NCBI GenBank assembly: GCA_009103225.1
Contig: RHPI01002438.1
Span: 428,750-492,749 of the forward strand
DNA: 64,000 nucleotides
Direction of reading: 5' to 3'
DNA from: Chlorokybus atmophyticus
Lineage: Eukaryota; Plantae; Mesostigma and Chlorokybus algae
The notes under the pieces were generated by a model. The model saw only the letters and a program-made list of their open reading frames with translations, did no database searches and was not told the DNA's origin. The translations under genes were made by a program, and so were the position numbers. Below, one piece after another: positions 15,923 to 29,600 of this stretch. Within the stretch, counting starts at the first letter, position 1. The number at the start of each line of letters is the position of its first letter.

Positions 15923-16382
15923 GCGCGTGGTATGCAGCAAGACCAGCCTCATGTTTGCTTGCGCGGCGGTAATACCCACATTCTCCAACACAAACAAACA
16001 TCACACTTTGATGCTGCTGGGTATTACTAGTAGACTCTCATTGCGCGATGACTCCCCTGCCCCCCGCTTCTTCGCCTTGCTTTGCTGCATGGCACGCTGC
16101 ACTGAATGCTTGCCTGTGTTGTGGTGTGTGCGTGTGCATGCGTGCGCGCACGTCTGCACTGGGTCTCGATGTTGGGTGCGATGAATGCGCGTGAGACGGG
16201 TATATGCCCGTTATCGAGACCAAGGATTGCTACCTATATACTTATTAGACACGCTGGACACGCAACAGCAGGTGCATCATGCACTGCAACCCTTAGCAGC
16301 TAGATGCACGCATCGTCAGCTGGTTACATTCAATGATATCTTGTAGGCAGCTGCAGGGGTTAATGATAGTATGCATGACCTT

Positions 16383-18539
16383 TCATGATTGTTCTCTTGC
16401 AGTTGCATCAGCCGCATACAGTCCCTGCTCTCGGATGTACTGTATGACGCTGTCGGGAAGCGTGTACTTGATTGAACGGCCCTCACGCAACTCCTGCCTG
16501 CAAGAAAGGGTTTAACCTACCATGACTCCAACCGACACCTATGGATACACACACGCTCATGACATCAATTTAAAGGCTTACCTGATGCGCGTGGAGCTGA
16601 CACTGTTGTGTATTCGCTCTTCAATAACGACGATGCCATCCTGCAAGCACACGACATTGAGGGAAAGAAAGCAAGGTTATAGTCGACAGTGTAATATAAC
16701 CGAGGGAAAGGTTGACACAACTAGACCACATGCCCACCTTGTGGTCTCGCAGCACCTCGTGACTCTCAACCAACTGCCCCACATCAAGACCGGAGCGCGC
16801 CGCGCACACGACGCCGTGCTGCTCGAGTATCTCTCGCAGCTGCGGGTTGCGTGCATGGCTTAGCACATGAAACAAACAAGTGGTTGAGGTGCATGGAGCA
16901 TAGCAATGCTGGGCCACGCACGTGTTCTGGCAGCCACACGCCCGGCGTCATGAATGACTCCAGCAAGTCCGCTCCACACAACAACATCACACGCACGGCA
17001 TCTGCAGCGTGTGCAAAGTCAGGTTGGAGGCATGCAAGAGTATGCAAGCAAACAAACTGAAAGTTGTGGCATACGTGTGGGGTTCATACGCACACGTAGC
17101 AGCATCTGTTTGGCCTGCACTTGTGTGTGAAATAAATGCCGAGCTCGTTTTTCTTATTACTCATCAAGTTTGTGCATTCTCTGACGTGCCAACAAAGCAC
17201 GCAGAATTGACAAGTTGACATGCGCAAGGTGTGACCTGATTGGGCTGATGAGTTTAGTATGGCTTTCAGTCGTCTCAGCACCTTGAGAGTGCGCACGCTT
17301 TCCGGCTGAAGCACCTGCGCGGCTGCAGTTTATGGACACTCGTAAAAACAGTTCCCACCAATCAACGGCTAAGGTTCGACACAGCATGAACAACTTGTGC
17401 TACTAGCAACAACTGTTGTCATGTAAACATGTTGTTTACCTCCCATCTGTCGACCATCAGCCATGTCGAGTCTGCGACGGCCCGCTCGCACATAGCCAAC
17501 CGATGATGCCCCGCAACGAGACCCTGCACAAGGCTCCCTTTGATGCATGCTGGCTGTGTGTTGCCAAAACTTGCTTACAGCATCAAACTGTTTTGGGAAA
17601 GTTGAGAAAAAGCATTGATGCTGTGTAACCACAGCTTCTGTAATTGTGCATTGAGTGCAAGCAGTAGGAAGGTGGTTGCACCTTCTTGCCGTACGCATCA
17701 TTCACGGGCGACAGGTAACCGCCGATGACATCAAAGCCGCGAAGCTCTAGCTCATCTCTCGCCAACTCTGTGTGACAGTGCAATGTCTCATAAACTCACT
17801 AAACAAACACCAACAAACAGCTTCAACAGACGTCCCATGCATAAACTCACTCACCGAACATGCGCAGGTGCATGTACGTTGGCGGGTTAAAGCTGCCGGC
17901 ATTTAGCAGTGCCACCTGCTGAGGAGCTGATGCTGGTGCTGCGCCTGAAGCTCTGCAGTCATACGTACATGAAGGTTCAGCTCAGTAAGAAGGATACAGG
18001 GCGTGGAGTAATCAACGGCTTGCTGTGGTTGCAACAGAGAGCATGTCACAGAAGAAGCATGCTACCAGTGTCAACATACAAAACCCAACAAGACTCAAGT
18101 GGCTACCATTTACTAACCTCAACCTAACTAATACCAATACCAACTCACTCCTTTTAGGTGTTACTGTTGAGCTTGCATCGCGTCCATCCCACAGCTGGCA
18201 TGCATACATTGTCTGCCTGTTACTGCTTCAGCCCAGCAAACATGAAAAAAGCCAAACAACGAGAGAGGCGTCACATTGTCAAAGAAGCCCGCGAGGAAGA
18301 GCTCACAACTACAGGCATGCTGCATGTCAATAACAGCTCCATGAGCACGGCATGATGACTTGTGAGTTATCAACTTGCTTTGTTGTGTTGGTATATAGCA
18401 GCTCTTGCCTTACAGCCCGGGCGGCAGGGGTAGATGGTATCCATGGTCTCGGACCCCTGTGCAGCTTGTCGACTGGCAGCGTCACGTCCAGACCACCGGC
18501 CGCCGCCGCAGCGGCAGCTGGCTCCCCCATCTCCCCCAT
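16383..18539 (-). CDS. NMNAT: Nicotinamide/nicotinate mononucleotide adenylyltransferase, multi-exon
   Basis: DVTLPVDKL, GSFNPPTYMHLRMFELARDEL, GGYLSPVNDAYGKKGL..HRLAMC, VMLLCGADLLESF..PGVW, VSSTRIR and SIKY..DSVIQYIREQGLY. Colinear with plant NMNAT as I recall it. The exon 1-2 junction is unresolved. Confidence 0.93.
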
Positions 18540-18614
18540 CAGAGTGTGTTCCCTGGCAATGACTGTTTGCATCAATTGTGTTTCATATATGCGACTCCGA
18601 CTTCAAGCAGAAAT

Positions 18615-18688
18615 GGTCTTGTAGCTCAGCTGGTTAGAGCGTCGTGCTAATAACGCGAAGGTCACAGGTTCGAGACCTGTCTGGACCA
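18615..18688 (+). tRNA. trnI-AAU: tRNA-Ile (anticodon AAT)
   Basis: Cloverleaf: D arm GCTC/GAGC, anticodon arm TCGTG-CTAATAA-CGCGA, T arm ACAGG-TTCGAGA-CCTGT. Acceptor stem GGTCTTG/CTGGACC has one U-U mismatch. A TTTT terminator follows within 10 nt. Confidence 0.95.
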
Positions 18689-18983
18689 CAATTTTGCCTC
18701 ACCATGCTCGTATTTTGCAGCCCACGGCCCATAAGTCATGGACCGAAAAGAATGAAGTCAGGCAGCAAGTGAGAAATGGTGCCTCATTGTTTTTTACTGA
18801 TCCGGACAATACCGACCGTCCGATGAGAAGCGTCTGGTTCAGTACGTCGATATCGAATCAGACTCCCGGCAGCCGCCGCGGCGTACCGTGTGTTGCAGCT
18901 AGCGCGGACAAGGAGTCGCCGCCGCCTCCATCACAAACCCTCTTTCAGCGGCGAGGGGCCGGCCGCCGCCGCCGCCCGCCACC

Positions 18984-20693
18984 ATGGGTAAGTCCCGCGT
19001 CCTGGGCCTGGGAGGGATCGTCCTTGTGGTCTCGCTGGTTGTCGTCCTGTGTGTTCGTGTCTGAGGTTTACTGGGGGTTGGGCGCTGAGATGGCCCTTGC
19101 CTGGCCTGGCCGGCCCCCCGGGCTTAGACTAGGCTGGGACGGGGTTTGCGCCGTCGTCTTCATGCTGTTACTCGTAATGGTTGTGTTCGCGGTTGGAGTT
19201 TGATGCGGTGGTTTGCGTGAAGCACGTTGGCCAAGCGGTGCTTAGGGAAGCTTGTGCGTGCTGCCATAATGGTTGGGATGTTGCGCTGGGACGACTCTAG
19301 GGTAATTGTTAGTGGCTGGACAGAGGTAGCCATTTGCAGATCGCCGTTTTTAGTGAATTACCCTTGCGTTGCTGTGTTGTTCTCAGTGGTAACACAGTAG
19401 CAGCGCATTAGGGTTTGTGCCGCCGGCGCCAGAGAGGCTTGGCCAATGTTTGCTTTCATTGCATGCGTTGTGGATGCATTCAGGTAGTGCTGTCGTGCAA
19501 TGGTAGGTTGAACTTTGCTATGCTGATCCTTCTGCTCACTTGCGTAGGTATCTCACGTGATTCTATGCACAAGCGCCGCCTGACGGGCGCAAAGCAGAAG
19601 AAATGGCGCAAGAAGAGAAAGTGAGTCCTTATTTTCTCAGCCCGTAGTATACTGTGTGTAATGCAGACTGCATGTGGAAATTTCACGCCCTTGGTCAGAT
19701 TTTCACATGCTTCTCGTTATGCTCGCCATCTGCTGCGTCGCTTTTGTGTCCTGTGCCAAATTTATGCTGTGACTGGCGTTCACGGCATGTTTCGTGGATA
19801 GGTTCGCTGGCTGATATATGTATTGACAGGTTCGAGATGGGTCGGCAGCCGGCGATGACGAAGATCTCCAGCAACAAGACAGTTCGTCGCATCCGCGTGC
19901 GGGGTGGCAACTTCAAGTTCCGCGCTCTCCGCCTGGATACTGGCAACTTCAGCTGGGGCTCTGAGGCCGTCACTCGCAAGGTACACGCTGTTGTATTGCC
20001 TTGTGGCTGGCCCTCATTGTTCATATGTTTGCTTAACGTGGCCATATGTCGTTGCAAATGATGATTGCTAACGCAATTCTTGTACTTGGCAGACTCGTAT
20101 TCTGGATGTGGTGTACAACGCATCCAACAACGAGCTGGTGCGAACTCAGACTCTGGTGAAGAGTGCTATCATCCAGATCGATCCCGCTCCTTTCCGCCAA
20201 TGGTACAGCCAGCACTATGGCGTTGACATTGGCCGCAAGAAGAAGGCCACCAGCGGCAAGAAGGATGGCGAGGTATGTCTTGCGACAGGCATGTGGCATG
20301 AACGCGTGCTGTAACCCATGCATCTACAGTTGGCATGAATGGACTGCTTGATGTTGACACCGCAAACCTCAGGAGGAGGATGCTGAGGCGGCCAAGAAGA
20401 GCGCGCACGTGCAGCGCAAGCTGGCCAAGAGGCAACTCGAGCGCAAGATTGACCCCCATCTTGAGGAGCAGTTTGCAAGTGGACGCCTGTATGCCTGCAT
20501 TTCCTCACGACCAGGCCAATGCGGCCGCGCTGACGGGTGCGCCACTGCTGCCATTCCACATTGTGTGAGGGCACAAAGGTGTTGAATTTCAACTAACATG
20601 TGTCATTGACCTCGCAGCTACATCCTTGAAGGCAAGGAGCTGGAGTTCTATGTCAGGAGGATGCAGAAGAAGAAGACAAAGGGTACTGCCTAA
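18984..20693 (+). CDS. RPS8: 40S ribosomal protein S8 (eS8), 6 exons
   Basis: ATGG|GTAAGT micro-exon, then [83 protein letters not shown]. Confidence 0.98.
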
Positions 20694-23194
20694 GTACTTC
20701 GTTAGCGTTGTTGGACAGCTGGCAGGATCCCTTGTTTGTAATTCTGGTTGTGCAGTCTTGGCCTGCACTGCTTTGCCCTTGCATGATATTGTGATGGCTG
20801 CTTGCAACCTCAACCAGTGTCCAATTGCCAGTAGGCAGTAGTGGCATTTCTCATTCATTGATGAGATGTCATCCATGTGTTGTTTTCAGTATTGCAAGCA
20901 TGTACGTGAGTGAGTGAGCTATTGGCATGGCAGGCATTGCACTGCGTCATGTGTAGACAGCGTGCATGTGCCCTAGCTGGATGTCCTCGGTTGTCATTCT
21001 ATTTGTTCACAAGTTGTGGAGGGATGGGAGGAGATGGTCACAATGTGACACTCCCAATCACAATTGTATGCAGCAACAGTTCTTAACGCTCGCGGGTATC
21101 CCCACGTATGAACTTGCAGTACATGCCACTTCAGGATGCAGCAGTGTGCAAGTGCGCGCGCCATTGTACTGGGTAGACAGCTACGCATGCTGGCATGTCG
21201 CTACGCGTGCAGTTGTTTTCATCATGCTTGCCAAGCAACAGCATAATAGCAGTCATGCTTATCACAATCGCAGAATGCAGCCATGATACCACCTTCACCA
21301 CCGTCAGGCCATGTGCTATGCACGCCAAGTTACAGTCCAGGTACGCTCCTCATATTGGTTACTAGCATATCTTGGGCGCATATGGTACGCATGCGTATGC
21401 CCATTCTGCGCATGTATGTCCTAGCACCCCGTACACAGTACCGTCCCCCGCTTGCAGCAGCGCGTACAGCTGAAAATCTTGCCACTTGCCACTTGTGCAA
21501 ATGTGATGTACATGTCAACGGCGAAGATGACAATAATAGGCACAAGCAGTGGTGGAACTATTGTGTATCAAGAATTGAGCAAGCCACCGTAATGGTAACG
21601 AAGACTTCAAGGGGCGAGTGAGGTAGGGTGATAGGTCTACTAGTGGTGCATCTGTCCCTTTCTTGGACTAGCGTGTGTTTCAGATGACAGTCATAGGCAT
21701 GTGCACAAAGGTGTACAAGAGACGCGAACATGCCTATGTGGATGTCATCTGACGAAAAGTTCCTCACCTTCATTCCAACATTGCGCGAACAACCAAACAA
21801 GGAGTGATCAACTCATAGTGCATACGCTTCTTGCGCAGTACATACCGCTCTCACTTTCTGTCAAAGATGGTGCTCTTGTAACGTGGCATAATGCGAGATG
21901 GCCATGCTCAACGGCAGTTGTTACGTAGGCTGCGCGTGAAGCTGTAGAGTATGCTAGGGATGGTATACGACACAAAGTGCAAGCAGTTGTACAACAATAG
22001 TACACAGTTTGGGGAAGGCAGCAAGTTAGCTGGTGCAAGCAAACGGGCAGCACACGACAACAGGTAAGTACGGGTACATAAGGGTAACTAGATGTGGAAA
22101 GCACACTCAGTGCCCACATACAAGTTGTGTCTATTCAATTGCACATAGTTTATTTCTAAAATCTTAAAAAGGCTAGTGTGATGGCCCCAGGTGTAATGTA
22201 AGTGTGGCGCTGTGCTAGTTGGTTGAGTTGCTCAGGTAGTTCGTGTGTGTGAGGGTGCACAGACTGACTGCATGTATGCAATATGACTCATACCCTATGC
22301 CAGAACTCAGTCAATGCTCTATGCTGTGCTATCTATCCAATGCTATGTATGCTGTGCTTTTATATATATAAGTGAATGCCCTGCTGTGCTTGCTAACCTA
22401 TCAGTGCGCGCGCTAACAACACAGCCGTTGGGAGTTGCTGCGCAGGACTTAAAGTCTTTCCACAACCGCCAATTGGTACCCGTGTAATATATTCATCATC
22501 ACTTAAAAGAACGCTGACCCCTTCACAAACCCTCGGGGCCTTTGCAGTCACAGTCGTCTGGGTGGCGGCGGCGCTGGCTCGCTAACATCTCTCTGCGCGG
22601 TGCTGCACGTGATTCCCTTGCTGCTTGCTGCTGCCCTTTCCCCCTGCCCCCAGACCTCCCCCGGTCTATAGCTAGTGCACTTAGCTATAGCTGGCGCTGT
22701 GCGCTTCAGCAAGGTTTACCATGCTGTGCTTGCTTGTTCGATTGGCCCCTATGTTGTATAATGAATACAATGCAAGGATTGTGGCATGCATGAGTACTAT
22801 GCCAATATAATGTACATGTCCACAGTGCAGATGACAACAATAGGCACCAGCAGTGGCAGAGATGTTGTACATCATAAATCAAGCAAGCCTCCGTAACTAC
22901 AACAAAGACCTCAAGGCATGGGTGAGGCAGGATGATAGGTTGGTGCAGTCAGACAGGACAAGACAGGCAAGGGTCAAGCAAGGGGTCAAGCAGTACGCAG
23001 TGCATGTTGGCCACGTGCCCTTACGAAGCATGGAATACCAAGTTTGAAGACACCCCAACTCATGTCGTAACTCCTCACACAGTCTCACCAAACACTGTAA
23101 TTCTAACCCTCTTATGTACAGTTCACTAACCCTAGTCTAACACAATGCACACGCTGCAAAACCACACAAGTGCCTTGCCGGTAAACGCAAATGC

Positions 23195-24534
23195 TCAGTA
23201 GCGTTCCAGATTGCCGGCAAGGCATTTCTCTACCATATCAAGCAGATGCGGGTTCTCCAAAGCTGCAGCCACTCGCTCCTTGTCATTGAGTTGCTTGTTC
23301 ACTGCAAGTAGCATCCTGATGAGCAATAGGAGATGTGCTTGCACATTGCATCCTTGTATACGACTGCATGCATGCTTGCTTGCTTGCTTTCTTTCTTGCA
23401 TGCATGCATGCATGTAAGCAACGCCAATGGTGATGATGCCGCAGTTATGCCAAAACACAAGCAACTGCATGCGTACAACACGGACCGCTCACCTGCTTGC
23501 TCTGATGCATGCGAGCCTGGTGAAACTAGGATATCGACCTGCCAACAGCACAGGGCATGAACTCTGATACCACCTCTCACATCGCGCCATGACCGTGAGC
23601 AAAGTCACATCGTACCTTGAAGCGTGGTGGTAGCGAGCGCATCAGCTTGACGCGTATGCAGAGTCCTATCAGCGTGGCCATGCTGCAGTGCTGCACTGTT
23701 GGTGTGAACTGAACACTGCGGACACAAGCAGGCACTTAGCTCAGCAACTCGTTGTAATGCATGGACTGAGAGGTGTTGACAAAGCGATACACACACGCCC
23801 ACCCACCCACGAGGGCATCAAGCACTTGTTGACTCACACACAACTACGCAAAAGACTTGAGCTGCATACCAGACAAGTGCTTTCGGGTCGTCCACGGCTA
23901 TGTCGTTCTCCGACACGACGCGCAGCTGCTCCAAAGTGTACGGGTGCTCAGGATCATTGATGTCCCTTATGTGCTGTGCTAGAAAGCGCGAAGTCAAGGC
24001 GACAACCCCAGCACATTACTGCATATTGATGTTGCATACAGCTGTAAAAGCTACGGTTGCAGTGGAGGCTTGCGTCATGAAACGAATCCCTGATTGATAT
24101 GGGCATGCGGCAGACTTCCAAGCTGCACATGCATGCTGTATGTAGCATACAGACAATCCAGCTGGTTGTCAGCTACGTTGTCAGCTTAATTGAGGAACCA
24201 ACAGCGCCATTGACAGCAACGAATAATTATCAAGATAACGTCTGTATCACTATCATTGCCAAGCATGCTACTACTAGTTTGCGTAAAATGGTCAGCTGAA
24301 GTACAAAATTACTATGAGCAATGACACAGCCATGCAAGTACATGTAAACGTCTGTGAGAGGATATCAAACACTTCTACGGCGTCGAAGGCGTCCACGCCG
24401 GCCTCGTCATCGTCGACCAGAGCGGCTGAGGCAGAGCCGGAGGCGGCGGGGCGAGCGCTCCCCGCCGGCGTCGCCCTCCGCTCGTGCACCACTGGGTTGG
24501 GGTTGATAAGCCCCACGCCGCCACCGCCATCCAT
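23195..24534 (-). CDS. AE7: Cytosolic Fe-S assembly component CIA2/FAM96/MIP18 (AE7-like)
   Basis: [54 protein letters not shown] and [17 protein letters not shown]. The first intron is a U12-type AT-AC intron. Confidence 0.96.
23976..24365 (-). other. U12-type (minor spliceosome) AT-AC intron in AE7
   Basis: 5' site |ATATCCTC, branch site CCTTGAC 17 nt upstream of the 3' end, and 3' ...TAGCAC|. Splicing gives VF-E-HIRD, with the same spacing as homologues. Confidence 0.88.
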
Positions 24535-24891
24535 GGCTGACTCCTCACTCGTCTACAACCTTACCTGAAACAACAGCTTACAGCTGGCCACTCTGATGCC
24601 AAGCACACCCTCCTCCTCCTCCTCGCCGCCGCCGCCGCCAATGTATGCGTATAACCAGACCTCCTGACGTCTGAACGACAATTACGTATAATCATATCTG
24701 TATTGCAACCCACCCATACATTTGAATGTGCTGCAAGTCGTCAAGACGATGTCTTGAAATACGAATCGCCAGCGATAAACTCATTGCAGGCGCGTCGTCG
24801 CAAGCGTCAGGTCCCCCAACATATGCTTATACCCATGCAAGAAACATGCTTGGCTGGCACAGCTGGTGGTGGCGGTGTCGTTGCCGTCGTC

Positions 24892-26630
24892 ATGGCGGAG
24901 GCCAACGGCGACGCCGCGGCGGTGGGGAGCATGCGGACCGAGCTAGGAGCGAACGGGGACGGTGTATCGGACGCCGACCTCCGCCGGTGGCTGGTGGCGT
25001 ACCGGGGAGACGCCAAGAAAGCCGCTGGCATGTTCCTGGCCGACAAGGTGAGAGAGAGACAGGAGGAGAGGCATGCTTGTTTGCTCGTGCTGTTGGTGTT
25101 GAGTTTGTGGGTCGTGCAAGTGGTGCTGTTGTGAGGCTGAAGGTAGTACGGGTATTGGCTGTGAGGCTGAAGGTAGTATTAGTATTGGTTGCCGTGCCTG
25201 GTGCTGCATATGTCACTGCGGGGTGCTCTTATGAAGTGTGCGGTGCTTTGCATGCCAAAGGTTGCTGGTCAGTCACGCTCTGAGGAAGGCTGATGCTGCT
25301 TGCGCATGTGCGGACACACTGACACAGAGTCCGCACTGCATGACAGTGTGCTGTTGACTTAACTGAAACTTGCTTTTCAGAGCTGCGCTTGTGTGGAGAA
25401 GCCTGCTGACTCTGCTCTTATTGCGCACAGGCTTGGCGCCAGTCATATGTCCCGAATGGCCGCTTCTCGGATGCGGAGGTAAGCCCATCTGATCACCTTA
25501 ACAACACTACTTTGCCCAGTGTGCTTTACCCCATTGGACAGGGTGGGGGAACCACTCTGCAACGCATGCAGTGTCGTCTCACTTTAAAGCGGTTGTCTAG
25601 GTGTCTAATGAGCTTGCTGCCCACAAAGAGTTCCTGCAGGTGCGCTTAACATGCACCATTCTTTGTTTGAGCAAGCACTTCTGGTAGTCGTCATGCCAAG
25701 CGCCTGTTCTGTAACAAGCGTATTGTCTTCATTCAGGGCTTGGATAAGACAGGCAGGCCTGTGCTTGTGACTGTCGCACGCAACCATGACTGTAAGCTTC
25801 AGTGCGTACTGCATGCAAGCTTCCTCTGTCTCTGATAATCTCACGCATTGACCTGTTGCGTACCACCAGCCACAAAGCGTGACATAGAAGAGACCAAGCG
25901 TAAGTAGAGCTCGGCTTGTCTGGCCTTAAGGATATTACCAATCTGGCTTGCTGGCTATGAGATTTTGTCTCAAGTTGTTTCTGTGCGCGGTAGACAGGAT
26001 TCATCGTGTACACACTGGACAAGGCTGTGGACAGGTGCGTCATGATGCATGTTGGCATGCATGTGTTGGGCTTTAATGCGTGCTGAGTGGCTCCCAACAG
26101 CATGCCTCCAGGCGTGACGCAGTTCTGTGGCGTTTTTGATTTGGCTGGCCTCAGCTACAGCAACCTGGACTTGCAGGCTCTGAAGGCCGTGTTTCCTACC
26201 ATGGTGAGTCACACCAAGCAGTTGTAACTTACCTGTTGTTGCCATACCAGCGAACTAGATTCATTGCATGCTGTCCTTACCAGGAGTTGCACTATCCCGA
26301 GCGCTTGGGCACTCTCTGGTTTGTCAATGCGCCCATCATATTTTGGGGACTATGGAAGCTAGTGTACCCGTTTGTGGACAAACGGACACGCGGAAAGGTA
26401 CACAACAGCACTCATGGTTGGATCCTGAGCTGGTATGACCCCTTTTGTGGGCATGACTCAGTTGACAGTGTGAACTGCATGCTGTTTTGCAGATTGTTTT
26501 CTTGAGTGGTAAAGAGGTGGCACGGACCCTATTGAAGGAGATTGACAAGTCCGTTTTGCCTAAGGCGTTGGGTGGTGATGCCGAGTTATGCGGGATTGGT
26601 GCACCTCTCACACGACCTATCAACCAATGA
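24892..26630 (+). CDS. CRAL-TRIO/Sec14 lipid-binding domain protein, about 8 exons
   Basis: DLRRWLVA..DAKKA, GLDKTGRPVL, FDLAGLSYSNLD, HYPERLGTLWFVNAPIIFWGLWKLVYPFVDKRTRGKIVF and LPKALGG. Confidence 0.92.
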
Positions 26631-29600
26631 TTGACAAGCATTGTACTTACACATTCATGGGCAAGCTAGTCAATACTTCGAATAAGCATTACGCGTGTTG
26701 ATCTGGGCAGTATCTAGCCATGCAGTAGTGGTAGTAGTAGTCATGACTGCACTGCCTGGCACGCAATGCTGCATAAGTATTGCAGGTGTTGATACCTAAG
26801 ACTGAAGCGTCAAACTGCTTCAAGGCATCTCCAGCTCATCGTGTAGTATGTGTTGGTAGTGTCAGCACGCCAAACAGCCTCAGCACTTGAGACACACATG
26901 CAAACAGAATGTTTGTCTCTTGCCTGCTATCATTTGTTGCTCACTGTTGCTTACTGGCACATTGCACTCGTGTGTGGAACTGTATAATGTTACCCACAGA
27001 CAGTAGGAAAGGTGTTTGTTAAGTATGGTAACTCATGCACATGACGAAGTCACTAACTTCAAATTAGTTATGGCAGTAAAGGTGGCGGTGATCAGAATCT
27101 TCTTCGTCATCATCAACATCATCACCATCATCGTTTCCAGGCAACACTCACCCTACAGCCTGAGTTGAGAGCATGCTTGCTCCATAGTGTTGATGATAGT
27201 GCATCGTGCGACCTCAACATAGGCGCCATTCCAAAAACGCCCGCAAGCTCCATGGTTGATTGTGCTTCAAGCTCCGCTGATTAATCCCATGCTCTTTCAA
27301 GAAGGTGCTTTTAAGCATGCGTGTAGGGTATACATCATAGTCGTTCAAAGTCACAAACATGTGCTCAGTGCAAACACACAGCATATAGCGCCCGTGTGGG
27401 CAGGTGATTATAACTGCACGTTGATCGCTTCATGTCTAACACGTAGAGGCAGTAGGGTAGCGTTGTAGAGTAGCGCGATGGTTAACTCAGTTGAAATTTA
27501 TGTTGTGTAACATACATGCACTGCTGTATGCCAACTTCAGCGCATGTCATGCGCATGCGCATGCGTAACTGACTGCGTACAGTACATGCGACATATCCCC
27601 CGCGCGCGCATTTCAAAGCTAGATGATTAAGACTTCGGAGGCCACAATTGGAATTTGCCCGCTTTTGCATCGTTCAAACTATGGCGCTGCCATTTCCGGT
27701 GGGGCGCTGGTCTTGCTCTGCTTCTGCTTGATGGGGCGTGCCGATGTTGGGCACTAGCACCACGACATTGTTGCCGTTGCCGTTCATATGTTTGTTTGCT
27801 TGTTGCCACCAACAACCAACCTTTGATGTGGATCACGTTGAGCTGCAAACCCTATCACTACCACGGCTTGGTGGCTTGGTTGCATGCGGTGATGTGATGT
27901 GTAGTATGCTCCAATCACATTTATATAGTTGCATATGCGTGTCCTGCAATTCGTGTCCACGGACTAGGCACAACAAAGCAAGTGAACACGTACTCTACAC
28001 CACACCAAGTGAGCTATGTAGGATGATCTGAGTAGCAGATGCAAGGCATAGTAGCAAGCTAATCAACAGATGCACGGCAGCAGGGGCAGAGGCAAGATAG
28101 GGCTTTATTTTAGTAGGGGCGTACACACTAACCACGTTCTTTTATTTAAGTGCGTGCAAGTGGGGCGGAGGGGTGGGTACTACCTACAGGGTAGGATAGT
28201 GCAGCAATCACACCAACCTGTCGCAACAGGCGCAAGTGGTTAGACTAGGTAGGTAGGCCATCAGCAGCAGCAGCAGCAGCAGCACCGCTGAACAGCTGGA
28301 AAGGGCGAGGGGGATAGTGGAGCGGATGCTGTGTGCTGTGCAGTTACGACGTGTTATGCAAGTGTGATGCTGCAGCAGGAGGCCAAGGCAGCAGCCACAA
28401 ACGGCTTAACCAATCTGTGAATCACAAGCGTGTATGTACGTGTATGTGCGAATAGAGTAAAGTGAATGTGTGCACTTTGCAAGTGTGCACCCCATGCAAG
28501 GCTTGTATGGGCTTGTTATTGAAGGGAGATAGCGCTGCAGGAAGAAAGAAAAAGAGGCATTGCAACAACGAAGGGGAGGATGGCCACCCTTTACTTTTTG
28601 CTTTTTAAGTGTAATACGGAGCGCTTGCTCAACAGCTGCCCGGCTGCTGCAACTCTCACGTTTACGAAGCTTTACGTCGACTTTATTATCAGCGGCTCGT
28701 GATTGTTAGCTATGCTAAACATCTGAACTTGTACGGACATCTTTGATGCCTTTACACAATAATAACGGTGATGAAGTTATGTTTATCATTATACTTGCTT
28801 TGCTTGATCATTCAGGCCTTCTCACGAGTTACTAAGTTATTTATGTAAGACCAACATAAACAATCTTGAATACTGGCAAACATATTCAGATCGTAATTAC
28901 AATTCAAATAAAACTTGTTTTAAAGGAATGCTGCGGCTTTGTGTTTGGCTAAAATATACATTGGTAGCCTCGAAAAGTCGCAAAAAGCAAAGCCTTTGTT
29001 TTGCTAATGTAATTGCAAACTTGACATAAAATATGAAATAAAAATGAAACGTGTGATGCCATTCAGAGAGTCTGTCAGTTAATTGTATTGCGTGTGTGCG
29101 CAGCTTGAGTATACATACATGCCGCAAGAATCCGCAGCTGCATGTATATCGTAAACACTCATAATACGCAAATGTCAAAAGTCAGTTTTGACATTTAAGG
29201 TTCCAAATAAGGGGCCAAAGTAAAAGTCGGGCTTGAACAACGGCGAGATGAAAGTTACATAATGACATGTAAAATCCATCTTCAATTTTCAAGGATACCA
29301 CTACCATGCGTGTTTGGCCGCCCCGCATGTTTTCCCTCATTTCCCCGCTAAAAACTGCATTAAGCCATACTGCAGGAAAAGCTATCAGTCTACTAGCCTG
29401 TCAGTTAATCTTGTCGGGTCGAGGAGAGTTGAGGGTCACACTGTCTCGGGCCGCTGCAGGGAAAGACATGCTTGCTAGCCCTGTCGCTGCAACATGTTAT
29501 AACATGTAGCAAAAGTAAAATAACCCAGCTCGTATGGCGAGGAGTGCCTGGTGGAGCTGCTCCGCTGTCGCTGAATCACACGGACATGTGGAGGCGGTGT

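Noticed and set aside
14323-16184. Long ORFs rich in His/Thr/Ala/Arg, Cys/Val, ER or LS repeats in the ORF track
   Set aside because: They are translations of intronic and intergenic dinucleotide repeats and N runs, not proteins.
20800-23100. Short ORFs between RPS8 and AE7
   Set aside because: No homology recognised and no coherent exon chain.
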